NCBI GenBank assembly: GCA_965223795.1
Contig: CBDCXL010000002.1
Coordinates: 416,001 to 480,000, forward strand
Reading direction: 5' to 3'
Length of the DNA: 64,000 nucleotides
Origin: Nitrospinales bacterium
Lineage (GTDB): Bacteria > Nitrospinota > Nitrospinia > Nitrospinales > VA-1
Shown in pieces: positions 29,063 to 39,345 of the stretch. Position 1 is the first letter of the stretch, and every line of letters begins with the position of its first letter. The position numbers and the translations under genes are program-made. The notes beneath the pieces were generated by a model. That model was given only the letters and a program-made list of their open reading frames with translations, was not told where the DNA came from and ran no database searches.

Positions 29063-30766
29063 TTAAATCGTCGGCCCTCTGTCCTTCATGTACCGATGAA
29101 TTCCCTGGGCAATGGATAAAGCCAGCCGGTTGATATAATCCGTCTTTTTCAGTCTTTTTTCTTCACGCGGATTGGTGAGGAAGCCGACTTCCACGAGAAT
29201 GCTGGGCATGTTGGTGTCGTGCAGCACGAAAAACGGCCCTTCCTTGACACCCAGATCCCGGACCCCCCGGTATTTCTTTTTCAGGTTGCTGTGCATGCGC
29301 TCCTGAACCCGGCCGGCCAGCTGCGCCGAATCGTTGATTTTCGTGGTGCTGATGAGGCTCGCCAGAATCTGCTGCACCTGATCGTCCTGCACCGAACGCA
29401 CCAGCTCGCCGTTTTCCCGCGCCGCGGTCTCCTGCGCCTGTTCGCTGTTGGCGACTCCCAGGTAATAGGTCTCGATGCCGTGCGCCGACCGGCGTTCCGC
29501 CGCGTTGGCGTGCACGGAAACGAACAGCTTGGCATGGTTTTCGTTGGCGATCTCGCCCCTGCGCTCCAGCGGGATGAACGTGTCGTCGGTGCGGGTCATG
29601 AGCACCTTGTAGCCGTAACGTTTTTCTAAAATCTGTTTGAGACGCTTGCTGAGTTTCAGGTTGACGTCTTTTTCATTCAGTCCGCTTTTGCCCTGCGCGC
29701 CCAGATCCTTGCCGCCGTGTCCCGGATCCAGGACGATGAGCGGCGGTCCTTTCTTCGCCCGGCGCTTGGCGGGCGGCGTCACCGCCGCGGGGATGGCCTT
29801 GACGACACGGGCGGTTTTCAGCTTGGGTTCAGGCTTTTTCGCATACTTTACAACTTTTTTCGGCTTTTTGAGGTGGATGACCACCTGGGACGCGCCACTG
29901 GCGGCTTCCACTTCAACGCCTTCGGCCTCAGGCAGATCCATCACCAGGCGGCTGGTGTTCTTGTCGTACTGGCTCAGCCGCATCTTGGAAAGAATCCCGC
30001 CGGGAACGGCGATGTCCTGTTCCAGGCGTCCGGCCAGGCGGCTGTTTTTGAAGTTGAAATAGATGCGGTCCGGCTTGGTGAGCCGGTTTTGCGTGAATTT
30101 GAGCGGGCCGTCGGTGTCGATCACCACCCGCACCGTATCGCCCAGGCTCACGTAGTGGATGTCCTTCAGCGTGCGCGCCGTTTTCGATGCGGGCGTTGGT
30201 TTGGCCGTCTGCTTGCGGATTTCGATGCGGGGCGCCGCCTTCGGCTTCACGAGGCGGGCGGTGCGTTCCATCTCCTTTTTCGCCTTCGCCGCCTGATCGC
30301 CTTGCGGAAAATATTTCAATATCCTGGCGAATGAGGCGCGGGCTTCCGCAAACTGTTTTTTATCCTTGAGGATCTCTCCCTGATGATAGAGGGCGTCGTC
30401 GGTCAGGCGTCCGTCTTTGAACTCGGAGATGACCTTGTAATAAAAATGCAGCGCCTGATCGCGGTCGGAGGAACGTCTGGCGACCTCATGCAGTTCATGA
30501 TACAGCCGCGCGGTGGTGAACAGGGCGTTGTAGGCGGAGGTGCTGCCGGGCGCGGCCTTGTAGACCTTTAAAAACCGGTCGATGCACGCAACCCAGTGAT
30601 GCCGGTAGGCTTTTTTCGCCGGTGAGCTTTTCAGCTCGTAATAGCATTTGCGGGCTTTGTCATAAAGGTCCTGGGTTCCCGCCTCGGCCGGGTGCAGATT
30701 GAGCAGCGCGAACACGAAGAAGAAGGCGAGGACCGAAACGAAGTTTTTTATCTTGCAAAAGAACAT
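29063..30766 (-). CDS. N-acetylmuramoyl-L-alanine amidase with TPR and AMIN domains
   Basis: LDPGHGGKD, EKDVNL, FVSVHAN, MPSILVEVGF; signal peptide; PDRIYF AMIN-like segment. Confidence 0.93.
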   Translation of the reverse strand: MFFCKIKNFVSVLAFFFVFALLNLHPAEAGTQDLYDKARKCYYELKSSPAKKAYRHHWVACIDRFLKVYKAAPGSTSAYNALFTTARLYHELHEVARRSSDRDQALHFYYKVISEFKDGRLTDDALYHQGEILKDKKQFAEARASFARILKYFPQGDQAAKAKKEMERTARLVKPKAAPRIEIRKQTAKPTPASKTARTLKDIHYVSLGDTVRVVIDTDGPLKFTQNRLTKPDRIYFNFKNSRLAGRLEQDIAVPGGILSKMRLSQYDKNTSRLVMDLPEAEGVEVEAASGASQVVIHLKKPKKVVKYAKKPEPKLKTARVVKAIPAAVTPPAKRRAKKGPPLIVLDPGHGGKDLGAQGKSGLNEKDVNLKLSKRLKQILEKRYGYKVLMTRTDDTFIPLERRGEIANENHAKLFVSVHANAAERRSAHGIETYYLGVANSEQAQETAARENGELVRSVQDDQVQQILASLISTTKINDSAQLAGRVQERMHSNLKKKYRGVRDLGVKEGPFFVLHDTNMPSILVEVGFLTNPREEKRLKKTDYINRLALSIAQGIHRYMKDRGPTI

Positions 30767-30945
30767 TCAGATCGACCGGAACGACGGTTAAAGGTGGCGC
30801 GGGGGATGGGGTATCGTCTAATTTAGTTTATTTTTTTATAAAAAATGAATCAATTTACCATAACCATTTAATTTTATTATGGTTTTAAATAGTATCATTT
30901 TTTAAAAATAGCGTCAAGACGATGAAGGACAACGAAACAAGGAAG

Positions 30946-31674
30946 TTACCAGCCTTCCTGCAATCGTTCGGCCAAAGGGGCGGGCAGACTGTTTTCGAGG
31001 ATTTTTTTCTGGGCGGATTCGATGTCGTAACTGTAGCGGTGAAAGGCGACGGTTTTCGCTTTCTGGTCGAGCACGACGAAGCAGGGATCCGGATTGTGAT
31101 CCCGCGGCTGGCCCAGGCTCCCCACGTTGATGATGTAGCGGTGGCCGTCCTCCAGGTCCCAAAGGTCGGAAACGTAATCCTCGACCCGGCCTTCGGGAGG
31201 TTTATCGAGGATCACCGGCTGGTGCGAATGGCCCAGAAAACACAGGGGTGCGGTGAAGTGGTCGAAATGATGGGCGCCGTCCCTGCGGGAGGTGACGTAG
31301 TGCCATTCCTCCGGCTCGAACGGCGACGAATGCACCCAGTGGATGCCGTCCGCCTCCAGTTCGCAGGGAAGAGACTTGAGAAATTTCGTGTTTACCTTTG
31401 ACAGTTCCTTGCGGGTCCACAGGCAGGACTGGTAGGCCCAGGGATTGAAATACTCGGTGTCGGTCCGCTTGACGGCGGCGTAATCGTGGTTGCCGCCCAG
31501 GACGATGTCGGCGTTCTTGCGCACCCAGTCCAGACAGGGATTGGGGTCGGCGCCGTAGCCGACGGTGTCGCCCAGGCAGGCGATTTTGTCGTGCGGGATC
31601 GACGCGATCTCTTTTTCGAACGCGCGCAGGGATTCGAGGTTGCTGTGCAGGTCGGAAAAAATGATGTAACGCAT
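30946..31674 (-). CDS. Metallophosphoesterase
   Basis: SDLHSN, LGDTVGYG, GNHD, GHSH, INVGSLGQPRD. Confidence 0.93.
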   Translation of the reverse strand: MRYIIFSDLHSNLESLRAFEKEIASIPHDKIACLGDTVGYGADPNPCLDWVRKNADIVLGGNHDYAAVKRTDTEYFNPWAYQSCLWTRKELSKVNTKFLKSLPCELEADGIHWVHSSPFEPEEWHYVTSRRDGAHHFDHFTAPLCFLGHSHQPVILDKPPEGRVEDYVSDLWDLEDGHRYIINVGSLGQPRDHNPDPCFVVLDQKAKTVAFHRYSYDIESAQKKILENSLPAPLAERLQEGW

Positions 31675-31692
31675 TGAGGCACCCGAAGTTTA

Positions 31693-31784
31693 TGTCACCC
31701 TGAGCCCTTCGGCAAGCTCAGGATGATAGCAGGACAAGCTTTGTCGAAGGATGCTGATTCAGGCTTCGACAGGCTCAGCATGAC
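31693..31784. repeat. REP-A doublet with a 35-bp insertion in the left arm
   Basis: tgtcaccctgagc[31706-31740]ttgtcgaagg...gcttcgacaggctcagcatgac. Confidence 0.8.
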
Positions 31785-31849
31785 GGCCGAAAGACCGATT
31801 CAGAGGCCCGCTCATTTAGAAACGCGGATAAAACGCCGCTCCGCTGAGT

Positions 31850-32275
31850 TCACCCCACGGAGGGCTGCGGCAGGTCCAGTTCCTTGTATACCTTGTCGAG
31901 GATACCGTTGATGAAATCCGGCGACTCTTCGCTGCCGTACTTTTTGGCGATCTCCACCGCTTCGTTGATCGCCACCTTGGGCGGAATGCTGCGGTCGTAG
32001 ATGAGTTCGCAGACGCCCAAGCGCAGGATGTTGCGGTCGATCACGGTCATGCGGTCGAGGGTCCAGTGCTCGCTGTACTTCTGCAGCAGCACGTCGATCT
32101 CCTCTTTGTGGCCCAGCACTTTTTCCACCAGCTCCTGCATGAACCCGCGCACCTCTTCGCCGCTGGTGTGCCGCTCGCCGAACTGGACCATCTGTTCCTG
32201 ATAGTCTCCGGTGTTGAATTCGAACTGGTAGAGGAATTTCAGTGCCTGTTCGCGTGAGGACCGTCGTTTTCCCAT
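31850..32275 (-). CDS. nusB: Transcription antitermination factor NusB
   Basis: RRSSREQALKFLYQ, DRNILRL, INEAVEIAKKYG, FINGILD. Confidence 0.96.
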   Translation of the reverse strand: MGKRRSSREQALKFLYQFEFNTGDYQEQMVQFGERHTSGEEVRGFMQELVEKVLGHKEEIDVLLQKYSEHWTLDRMTVIDRNILRLGVCELIYDRSIPPKVAINEAVEIAKKYGSEESPDFINGILDKVYKELDLPQPSVG

Positions 32276-32285
32276 CGCAGTCCGC

Positions 32286-32753
32286 CTAGGAAATCTTCTT
32301 GTACAGGTTGACCATCTCGATCGCGGCGAGGGCGGTTTCCCAGCCTTTGTTGCCGCCCTTGGAACCGGCGCGCTCGACGGCCTGCTCGAGGTTGTCGGTG
32401 GTCAGGATGCCGAACAGCACCGGAATCGGCGCTTCCATTGCGAGCGCTCCCACACCCTTGCTGGCTTCGCCGGCGACGTAGTTGAAATGCGGCGTCGCAC
32501 CGCGGATCACCGCGCCCAGGCACAAAAGGGCGTCGTACTTGTTGCCGGCGATCATGCGTTTGGCGGCCATCGGGATTTCGAACGCGCCGGGGACGTGCAC
32601 GACGTCGATGTCCTTTTCGTCGACGCCGTGGCGCACCAGGGCGTCCACCGCGCCGTCGGTGAGCCGCGCGGTGATGAAATCGTTGAAGCGGCTGACGACG
32701 ATGCCGAACCTGAACCCCTTGGCGTTGAGTTCGCCCTGTATGGTGTTGACCAT
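32286..32753 (-). CDS. ribH: 6,7-dimethyl-8-ribityllumazine synthase
   Basis: [34 protein letters not shown]. Confidence 0.97.
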   Translation of the reverse strand: MVNTIQGELNAKGFRFGIVVSRFNDFITARLTDGAVDALVRHGVDEKDIDVVHVPGAFEIPMAAKRMIAGNKYDALLCLGAVIRGATPHFNYVAGEASKGVGALAMEAPIPVLFGILTTDNLEQAVERAGSKGGNKGWETALAAIEMVNLYKKIS

Positions 32754-32823
32754 GAATTCAACCTGTGCGGAATGTGGATCCGCTTTGTTTGATGATGCCG
32801 GGACAGAATGCGGATTCAAAACA

Positions 32824-34035
32824 TCACGAGATGTTTTTGATCATGTGCCCCATTTTTTTCTGTTTGGTGCGGAGGTACTTGACGTTGTCCTTGCGCGGGT
32901 GCACCTCGATGGGCACGCGCTCGACGATGTGCAGCCCGTAGCCTTCCAGCCCCACGATCTTGCGCGGGTTGTTGGTCAGCAGCCGGATCTGCCCCAGCCC
33001 GAGCTTGCACAGAATCTGTGCGCCGATGCCGTATTCGCGCAGGTCGGCCTTGAACCCCAAAGCCTCGTTGGCCTGCACGGTGTCCTTTCCCTCGTCCTGC
33101 AGGGCGTAGGCTTTCAGTTTGTTGATGATGCCGATGCCGCGCCCCTCCTGGGGCAGGTACACCAGCACGCCCATGCCTTCCTGGTTGATCCTTTCCAGGG
33201 CGCTGTTGAGCTGGTCGCCGCAGTCGCAGCGGAAGGAACCGAACACGTCGCCGGTCAGGCACTGGGAATGGACGCGCACCAGGGTCGGGACATCAGGCTG
33301 AATCTCGCCTTTGACGAGAGCGATGTGGATCTGGTCGATGAGCACGTTGCGGAAGGTGACGGCGGTGAACTCGCCGTGCGCCGTGGGCAGCACGGTGCGC
33401 ACCACTTCCTCGATCAGCGTCTCGCGCTGCAGCCGGTATTCCGCCAGGTCTTTCGTGGTGATCATTTTCAGCCCGTGCTTTTCGGCGAACTTGGCAAGCT
33501 GCGGCACGCGCGCCATGCTGCCGTCCTCGTCCATGATCTCGCAGATGACCCCCGCGGGCGCAAGCCCGGCGAGACGGGAAATGTCGACCGACGCCTCGGT
33601 CTGACCCATTCGGACCAGCACGCCTCCATCCTTGGCGCGCAGCGGGAAGATGTGCCCCGGCTTGACGAGGTCGCTTTTCTGGGTTTTCGGATCGATGGTG
33701 ACCTTGATGGTCTGGGCGCGGTCCGCGGCGGAGATGCCCGTGGTGACGCCGTCGCGCGCGTCGATGGACACGGTGAAGGGCGTCTCGAAGTGGGACTGGT
33801 TGTCCTGCACCATCATGGAGAGCCCCAGCTCGCGCGTGCGTTCCTCGGTGAGCGCCACACAGATCAGCCCGCGGCCGTATTTGGCCATGAAGTTGACCGC
33901 TTCGGGCGTCACCTTATCGGCGGCGATCATCAGGTCGCCTTCGTTTTCGCGGTCTTCATCGTCGACGATGATGATCATTTCACCGTTTTTGACGTCTTCG
34001 ATCGCATCGTCGATGGAGCTGAAAGTCTCGTTCAT
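32824..34035 (-). CDS. ribBA: Bifunctional DHBP synthase / GTP cyclohydrolase II
   Basis: [45 protein letters not shown]. Confidence 0.97.
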   Translation of the reverse strand: MNETFSSIDDAIEDVKNGEMIIIVDDEDRENEGDLMIAADKVTPEAVNFMAKYGRGLICVALTEERTRELGLSMMVQDNQSHFETPFTVSIDARDGVTTGISAADRAQTIKVTIDPKTQKSDLVKPGHIFPLRAKDGGVLVRMGQTEASVDISRLAGLAPAGVICEIMDEDGSMARVPQLAKFAEKHGLKMITTKDLAEYRLQRETLIEEVVRTVLPTAHGEFTAVTFRNVLIDQIHIALVKGEIQPDVPTLVRVHSQCLTGDVFGSFRCDCGDQLNSALERINQEGMGVLVYLPQEGRGIGIINKLKAYALQDEGKDTVQANEALGFKADLREYGIGAQILCKLGLGQIRLLTNNPRKIVGLEGYGLHIVERVPIEVHPRKDNVKYLRTKQKKMGHMIKNIS

Positions 34036-34110
34036 CGTTTCTTCTCTACGTGAGTTTCACACGGGCGCGTACGCGTCCGCCTGCCGGGGATAAAAAATCC
34101 GGCTTCAGGG

Positions 34111-34764
34111 TCACAAAAATCCTTTTTGCCTGAGCAGATCCAGGGAAATCTTCTCCCCTTTGGCGGGATGCACCAGCAGCGTCTCGCAGGCCCTAAAGAC
34201 ATATTTACCAATCATATCACATTCGATGTTCACCCGATCTCCGATTTTCCGCTGCTTGAGATTGGTGTGCGAAAGCGTGTAGGGAATGATGGATACGGAA
34301 AATTTGTTGTCCGAACAGGAAAACACCGTCAGGCTGATCCCGTCCACGGCGATGGAACCTTTCTCAATGATAAACGGGCTCAATTCGGGCGGATGCTCGA
34401 AACGGAACACCACTTCGCCGGGTCTGGTTTCCTGATCCACCACGGTGCCGGTCTGGTCGATGTGGCCGGTGACGAAATGCCCGCTGATCTTCTGATTGGG
34501 CGTGAGCGATTTTTCCAGGTTCACCGCGGTGCGGCTCTTCGCCTCGCTGAAGCTGGTGCGGTTCAAGGTCTCGGTGCCCAGATCGACGGTGAACCCGTCT
34601 TTGGTGAATTCGCGCACAGTGAGGCAGACGCCGTTGACGGCGATGCTTTCGCCGAGCTCGAATTCTCCGAATTCCGCATCGGTGCGGATGACCATCTCCG
34701 CGCTTTCCTCATGGCGGGTGATTTTTTCGATGGTCCCGACGCTCTGAATGATGCCGCTGAACAT
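34111..34764 (-). CDS. ribE: Riboflavin synthase
   Basis: MFSGII, SIAVNGVCLT, GHFVTGHID, KGSIAVDGISLT. Confidence 0.96.
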   Translation of the reverse strand: MFSGIIQSVGTIEKITRHEESAEMVIRTDAEFGEFELGESIAVNGVCLTVREFTKDGFTVDLGTETLNRTSFSEAKSRTAVNLEKSLTPNQKISGHFVTGHIDQTGTVVDQETRPGEVVFRFEHPPELSPFIIEKGSIAVDGISLTVFSCSDNKFSVSIIPYTLSHTNLKQRKIGDRVNIECDMIGKYVFRACETLLVHPAKGEKISLDLLRQKGFL

Positions 34765-34773
34765 ACGTTTTCC

Positions 34774-35889
34774 TCACTCCTTCCTGCGCCCGGGCGTGGC
34801 CTCGATCATCCAGTCTTCCCCCACCTGGGTGACCGTCATGTTTTTGAGCCTGAGCGTGTTTTCAATCTTGTCGATGCCCGCCCCGCCGACGGGTCCCGGC
34901 GCCCGGTTGCCGCCGATGATGGCGGGCGCGATGAAAAACACGACTTTATCGACGATGCCCGCTTCCAGGGCGCTGGCGTTGATGGCGCCGCCCGCCTCGA
35001 ACAAGACAGACGTGATCTGCCGTTCTCCCAGCTTGCGCATGAGGTCTTTGAGATCGACGCCGAACCGGTTTTCCTTCACGGACAGGACCTCGACGCCCTG
35101 CGCGTGGAGCGCTTTCATTCTTGCAGCATCCGGTTTCATGCCGCAGGCGAGGATCACTGTTTCCGCCGCCGCGTTTTGAAACACGTTGGCATTCAGAGGA
35201 ATCCGGTGCCGCCGGTCGACGACCACGCGCACGGGGTGTCTGGGGTGTTTCTGTCCCAATCGAACGGTCAGGGAAGGATTATCCTTCAAGACGGTGCCCG
35301 CGCCAACAAGAATCGCATCGGCCCGCTCGCGCATCCGGTGCACGTGGCGGCGCGCTTTCGCCCCGGTGATCCACTTCGATTCGCCGGTGTGGGTGGCGAT
35401 CTTGCCGTCGAGGGACAGGGCCGATTTCAGGATGACGTAGGGTTCGCCTGTCTGAATGAATTTGACAAAAACGGCGTTCAGCGCCTCGCATTGTTTTTTC
35501 AGGATGCCGGTGGTGACGCCGATGCCCGCCTTTTTCAAGGCGCGGATGCCTTTTCCGCATACCAAAGGATTGGGATCGCGCATGCCGATATATGCGTGGC
35601 GGATGCCGGCATCCAAAAGGGCCCTGGTGCAGGGCGGCGTCTTTCCGGTGTGGCAGCAGGGCTCGAGATTGACGTACAGATCGGCGCCTTTGGCCTTGCC
35701 GCCCGCCTGCCTGAGCGCGGCGATTTCGGCGTGCGGCCCGCCGGCTTTTTTATGGAACCCGGCGCCGACGACCTTGCCGCGCCGCACCAGGACCGCGCCC
35801 ACGAGCGGGTTGGGGCTGGTTCTGCCCTGCCCTTTTTCAGCCAGCGCGATCGCCTGCTGCATGAATGTCTGATGGATGGATTCGGTCAC
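34774..35889 (-). CDS. ribD: Riboflavin biosynthesis deaminase/reductase RibD
   Basis: PNPLVGAV, HAE, LEPCCHTGKTPPC, SLDGKIA, EAGG; start approximate. Confidence 0.96.
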   Translation of the reverse strand: MTESIHQTFMQQAIALAEKGQGRTSPNPLVGAVLVRRGKVVGAGFHKKAGGPHAEIAALRQAGGKAKGADLYVNLEPCCHTGKTPPCTRALLDAGIRHAYIGMRDPNPLVCGKGIRALKKAGIGVTTGILKKQCEALNAVFVKFIQTGEPYVILKSALSLDGKIATHTGESKWITGAKARRHVHRMRERADAILVGAGTVLKDNPSLTVRLGQKHPRHPVRVVVDRRHRIPLNANVFQNAAAETVILACGMKPDAARMKALHAQGVEVLSVKENRFGVDLKDLMRKLGERQITSVLFEAGGAINASALEAGIVDKVVFFIAPAIIGGNRAPGPVGGAGIDKIENTLRLKNMTVTQVGEDWMIEATPGRRKE

Positions 35890-36032
35890 AATGGGCCCCC
35901 CGCACAAGTTGAGCCGAACGGATTCACGCCTGTTCGGGCTTTACCGGACGCGCCTGGAAATGCGATCCGGGAACGCGCGTTGCTGCTGAACCACGAGTAT
36001 GACGGCGCTCGCGTCCGCATCATTGTACCCGA

Positions 36033-36866
36033 TCAGCGTTTCCGGCGCGTGATGTCCACCATCTGCTTGCGGATGCTGCCGCGCTGGTACACGATTTCGA
36101 TCCTGCGGTTGGCCGCCCGGTTCTCTTTGCTGGTGTTGGGGACTTTGGGCCGGAATTGCGCCAGACCTTCGATGGAAAGGTTTTCCGCGGCAAATCCCGA
36201 CTCGGTGAACAGCCGGGCCACGTCGGCGGCGCGTGAGGCGGAAAGCTCCCAGTTGGAGGGAAACTGTTTGCTGCGGATGGGCGTGTCGTCGGTATGGCCT
36301 TCGATCTTGACCTGGTAATTGAACTGTTTGAGCAGTTCGAACACTTCCTTGATGACTTCCTTGCCCTCGGGCGTCATTTTCGCCTGTCCGGGCGGAAACA
36401 GCACCATGTCGGAAATGGTGATCACGGCGCCGCGCTCGTCGGAGGAAACCTGGACCTGTCCGGAAAGCTTGTTCTTGTAAACGAACTCCTCGACCTCGGA
36501 GGCGATCTCCTCGATCTCCTTGGCGACCATCGCACCCACTTCGTCGATTGCGTGGATGTTGCTGTCCTGCATCTGCATCTGCATCTTGATGACGTCGAGG
36601 CCCTGCCGCGTTCCGGACTCGGGAATCGACTCGGTGCCGAGGGCGTCCTTGAGGGATTCCTTGATCAGACGCCATTTCTCGTCCTCAATGGAGCCCATGG
36701 CGAACAGCAGGATGAAAAACACCATCAGCAGGGTCACCAGGTCGGCGAAGGTCATGACCCACGCCGGCGCCCCACCGCCTTCTTCTTCCAGCTCTTCTTC
36801 CTCGTCGTCCCCCTGTTCCGCGGGATCGGGATTTTTCGCTTTTGCGTCTTTTTCAGCCATGCTCAA
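36033..36866 (-). CDS. motB: Flagellar stator B subunit (MotB/PomB/MotS type)
   Basis: WVMTFADLVTLLMVFF TM with Asp; OmpA-like EGHTD, NWELSASRA, NRRIEI. Confidence 0.95.
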   Translation of the reverse strand: MSMAEKDAKAKNPDPAEQGDDEEEELEEEGGGAPAWVMTFADLVTLLMVFFILLFAMGSIEDEKWRLIKESLKDALGTESIPESGTRQGLDVIKMQMQMQDSNIHAIDEVGAMVAKEIEEIASEVEEFVYKNKLSGQVQVSSDERGAVITISDMVLFPPGQAKMTPEGKEVIKEVFELLKQFNYQVKIEGHTDDTPIRSKQFPSNWELSASRAADVARLFTESGFAAENLSIEGLAQFRPKVPNTSKENRAANRRIEIVYQRGSIRKQMVDITRRKR

Positions 36867-37667
36867 TCACTTTTTCGCGGGTTTCTTGCCGCCGCCTTCT
36901 TCTTCCTTTTTGGCTTTCTTGCCGTGGTACGAATCCAGGAAGTTTTCCAGAACCTCTTTCATGAACCGGGGGTTCACGCCTTTGCGGATATAGGCGATGC
37001 CTTCCAGCACCAGGTTCATCTCCAAAGTCTCGCTGGCGCTGCGCCGCTTCAGCTTGACGGTCATGGGGATGAACAGCAGGTTGGCGATGCAGGCACCGTA
37101 AAACGTGGTGATGAGCGCGATCGCCATTTTCGGGCCGACGGAGTTGACGTCCGCCAGGTCGGCGAGCATCTGGATCAGGCCGATCAGGGTGCCGATCATG
37201 CCGAATGCCGGCGCGAACGCTCCCATCTGGTTGAAAATCTCCCAGCCGTCCTTGTGTGATTTCTGGATCTGCTTGATCTCGCGCTTCAGCAGGGCGTTCA
37301 CCGTGGCTTCGTCCTTGCCGTCCACGGTCATCTCCAGTCCCTTTTTCAGGAATTCGTTGTCGATGTCCTTGAGCTTGGACTCGATCGCCAGCACGCCGCC
37401 TTTGCGGGCCACGTTGCACACGCTGACCATGTCTTCGATCAGCTCGTAATGGTCCATCTTGCGCACGAAAAACACGCGCAGGAACAGGCCCATCACTTTC
37501 ATGACCTCGTTGAAGGGAAACGCCACCAGCGTCGCCGCCAGCGTGCCGCCCACCACGATCATGGCCGAAGGCGCGTTGATGAACAGGCCGAGTCCGCTGT
37601 TCATCAATATGGACGAAAGGACCAGGCCGATGCCTGCGATGATGCCTGCTAGAGTTGCAATATCCAT
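36867..37667 (-). CDS. motA: Flagellar stator A subunit (MotA/PomA/MotP type)
   Basis: IVVGGT, RKGGVLAIE, APAFGMIGTLIGL, ALITTFYG. Confidence 0.95.
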   Translation of the reverse strand: MDIATLAGIIAGIGLVLSSILMNSGLGLFINAPSAMIVVGGTLAATLVAFPFNEVMKVMGLFLRVFFVRKMDHYELIEDMVSVCNVARKGGVLAIESKLKDIDNEFLKKGLEMTVDGKDEATVNALLKREIKQIQKSHKDGWEIFNQMGAFAPAFGMIGTLIGLIQMLADLADVNSVGPKMAIALITTFYGACIANLLFIPMTVKLKRRSASETLEMNLVLEGIAYIRKGVNPRFMKEVLENFLDSYHGKKAKKEEEGGGKKPAKK

Positions 37668-37673
37668 GGTCTT

Positions 37674-39119
37674 TTACGGTTGTTTGATTTTTACATTGCC
37701 CGAAATCGGGTCCATCGCGTGAAATTTGATGATCTTGTTCAGCGTGTCGCGGTTGAGCACCGTGCCTTTGCGCAACAGATTGATGCCGGATTCGGAATAG
37801 ATGTCCGAAGCCAGCTCCATGCCCTCCACCAGGGCGAAAACCGAACAGTCCAGCGCTTTGCCCTCCTCGGTGTCCATTCGGGTGTCCACGTACTCGCAAA
37901 GGTAGTTCATCACCTGCTCGTCGAATATCGTGCCGACCCGCTGGTCCATCGATTCCAGTAGGCTCTGCGTCCCGCTCTCGGGCCGGGCGATGCGCGCGTG
38001 ATCGAAAAAGCTGGCGGCGGTGATGATCCGCGATCCCACCGGGATGCGGTCGCCGTACAGGCCGTCCGGCGTTCCCGAGCCGTCGACGTTTTCGTGCAGA
38101 TGGCGGATGATCGCCGCGATCAGCTCGAAGCCGGGAAACCCTTTGAGCAGCATCTCGCCGACCAGCGTGTGGTGCGTCCGCTGCCGGTTGTTGTCCTCAT
38201 CCAAAGCCTCCAGCCGCCGTTCCGGGGTCGGCAGGGCGACGATGCCCAATTCGTGCAGCCGCGCCGCGGAGCGGATGTTGCGGATCTGGTAATCGGTGAG
38301 CTTCATCTTCTCCGCGATGAACACGGACATGTCCGCCACCCGTTCGGCATGGCCGCGGTGGTCGGCCTGATGCAGCTCGATGATCGCCGCCAGCAGGCCT
38401 TCGGTGGAATCGAAACGCCGGGCGAGTTCGTCCACCATCGTGGAGATCTCGGCGTTTTTCTCCTCCAGCTGCTTGTTGAGATCGGTCATCTCGTGCAGGC
38501 TCATGCCCAGCCGGCGTTTGTCCGTGTGCAGCTCCTCATTGAGAGCCGCGAGCTTTTTATGAAACTGCTTGAGCTGGCCCAGAGACTCTTCCAGCTGCTT
38601 GTTCTTTTCGTGCACCGTCTCGTTGAGCTGCATGTGGCGCAGGGCGGAATGCACCCAGAACACCAGCTCGCCGCTTTTGAGCGGTTTGGACAGATACGCG
38701 TCGGCGCCGTTTTCCCGTGCCCGCGTGGCGTGATCCGCGCCGGGGTCGTAATCGGACAACAGGACGAAGGCGCATTCGGGTTTTTCCTGACGTGCCTTGC
38801 GGCAGACTTCGTGGCCGTCCATGCCGGGCAGATTCAGGCTGCAAAGGATGAAATCCGGTTTCGCGGTGCGCATGGATTCGAGCCCGTCCTCGCCGGTGCC
38901 GCTGTGCAGCACTGCAAGCTCGGTGGAACCGAGCGCCGGCTGCAAAATGCCCTTCACCGTTCCGGCGAGCTGCGGGTCCGTGTCGATACAGAGAATCGTT
39001 ATGGTTTTACGGGTGATGTTCAAGGCACCGTCCCGGATGCGGTTGGACCGCGTTCGTTCGTCTGAAATATGGGAATGCTGAAAAATTGATTCCTGATGTG
39101 AATCTGGTGGTAAAGGCAT
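37674..39119 (-). CDS. REC + coiled coil + HD-GYP-like protein (degenerate motifs)
   Basis: LPGMDG...YLSKP receiver; GHAERVA, LHELG, HENVDGSGTPDGL; real start may be ~30 codons downstream. Confidence 0.85.
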   Translation of the reverse strand: MPLPPDSHQESIFQHSHISDERTRSNRIRDGALNITRKTITILCIDTDPQLAGTVKGILQPALGSTELAVLHSGTGEDGLESMRTAKPDFILCSLNLPGMDGHEVCRKARQEKPECAFVLLSDYDPGADHATRARENGADAYLSKPLKSGELVFWVHSALRHMQLNETVHEKNKQLEESLGQLKQFHKKLAALNEELHTDKRRLGMSLHEMTDLNKQLEEKNAEISTMVDELARRFDSTEGLLAAIIELHQADHRGHAERVADMSVFIAEKMKLTDYQIRNIRSAARLHELGIVALPTPERRLEALDEDNNRQRTHHTLVGEMLLKGFPGFELIAAIIRHLHENVDGSGTPDGLYGDRIPVGSRIITAASFFDHARIARPESGTQSLLESMDQRVGTIFDEQVMNYLCEYVDTRMDTEEGKALDCSVFALVEGMELASDIYSESGINLLRKGTVLNRDTLNKIIKFHAMDPISGNVKIKQP

Positions 39120-39187
39120 ACAAAAATCAGCCGGAACTTCCCGTATTCCTTCCCCCCGGGAAATCCGAACACCCCCAAAATTGCCTT

Positions 39188-39200
39188 TAAGCCATTGATT
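39188..39200 (-). promoter_or_regulatory. Putative IHF binding site upstream of the REC/HD-GYP-motAB operon
   Basis: Minus strand AATCAATGGCTTA matches WATCAANNNNTTR. Confidence 0.35.
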
Positions 39201-39345
39201 TTATGATAAAAACTCCCCAGCCCGGAGTCAAGGAAAACTTTTTTCTATCTATGGAGGGGAAAATAAGCGGCGGATTTACAGGGATTCCCGCCGTTTGTTC
39301 AGGACAGGCAGGATTATCGGCAGTCTGAAGAAAAGTGGCGGGTTT

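Noticed and set aside
35890..36032. FMN riboswitch upstream of ribD
   Set aside because: No RFN consensus segments recognisable in the short motB-ribD gap
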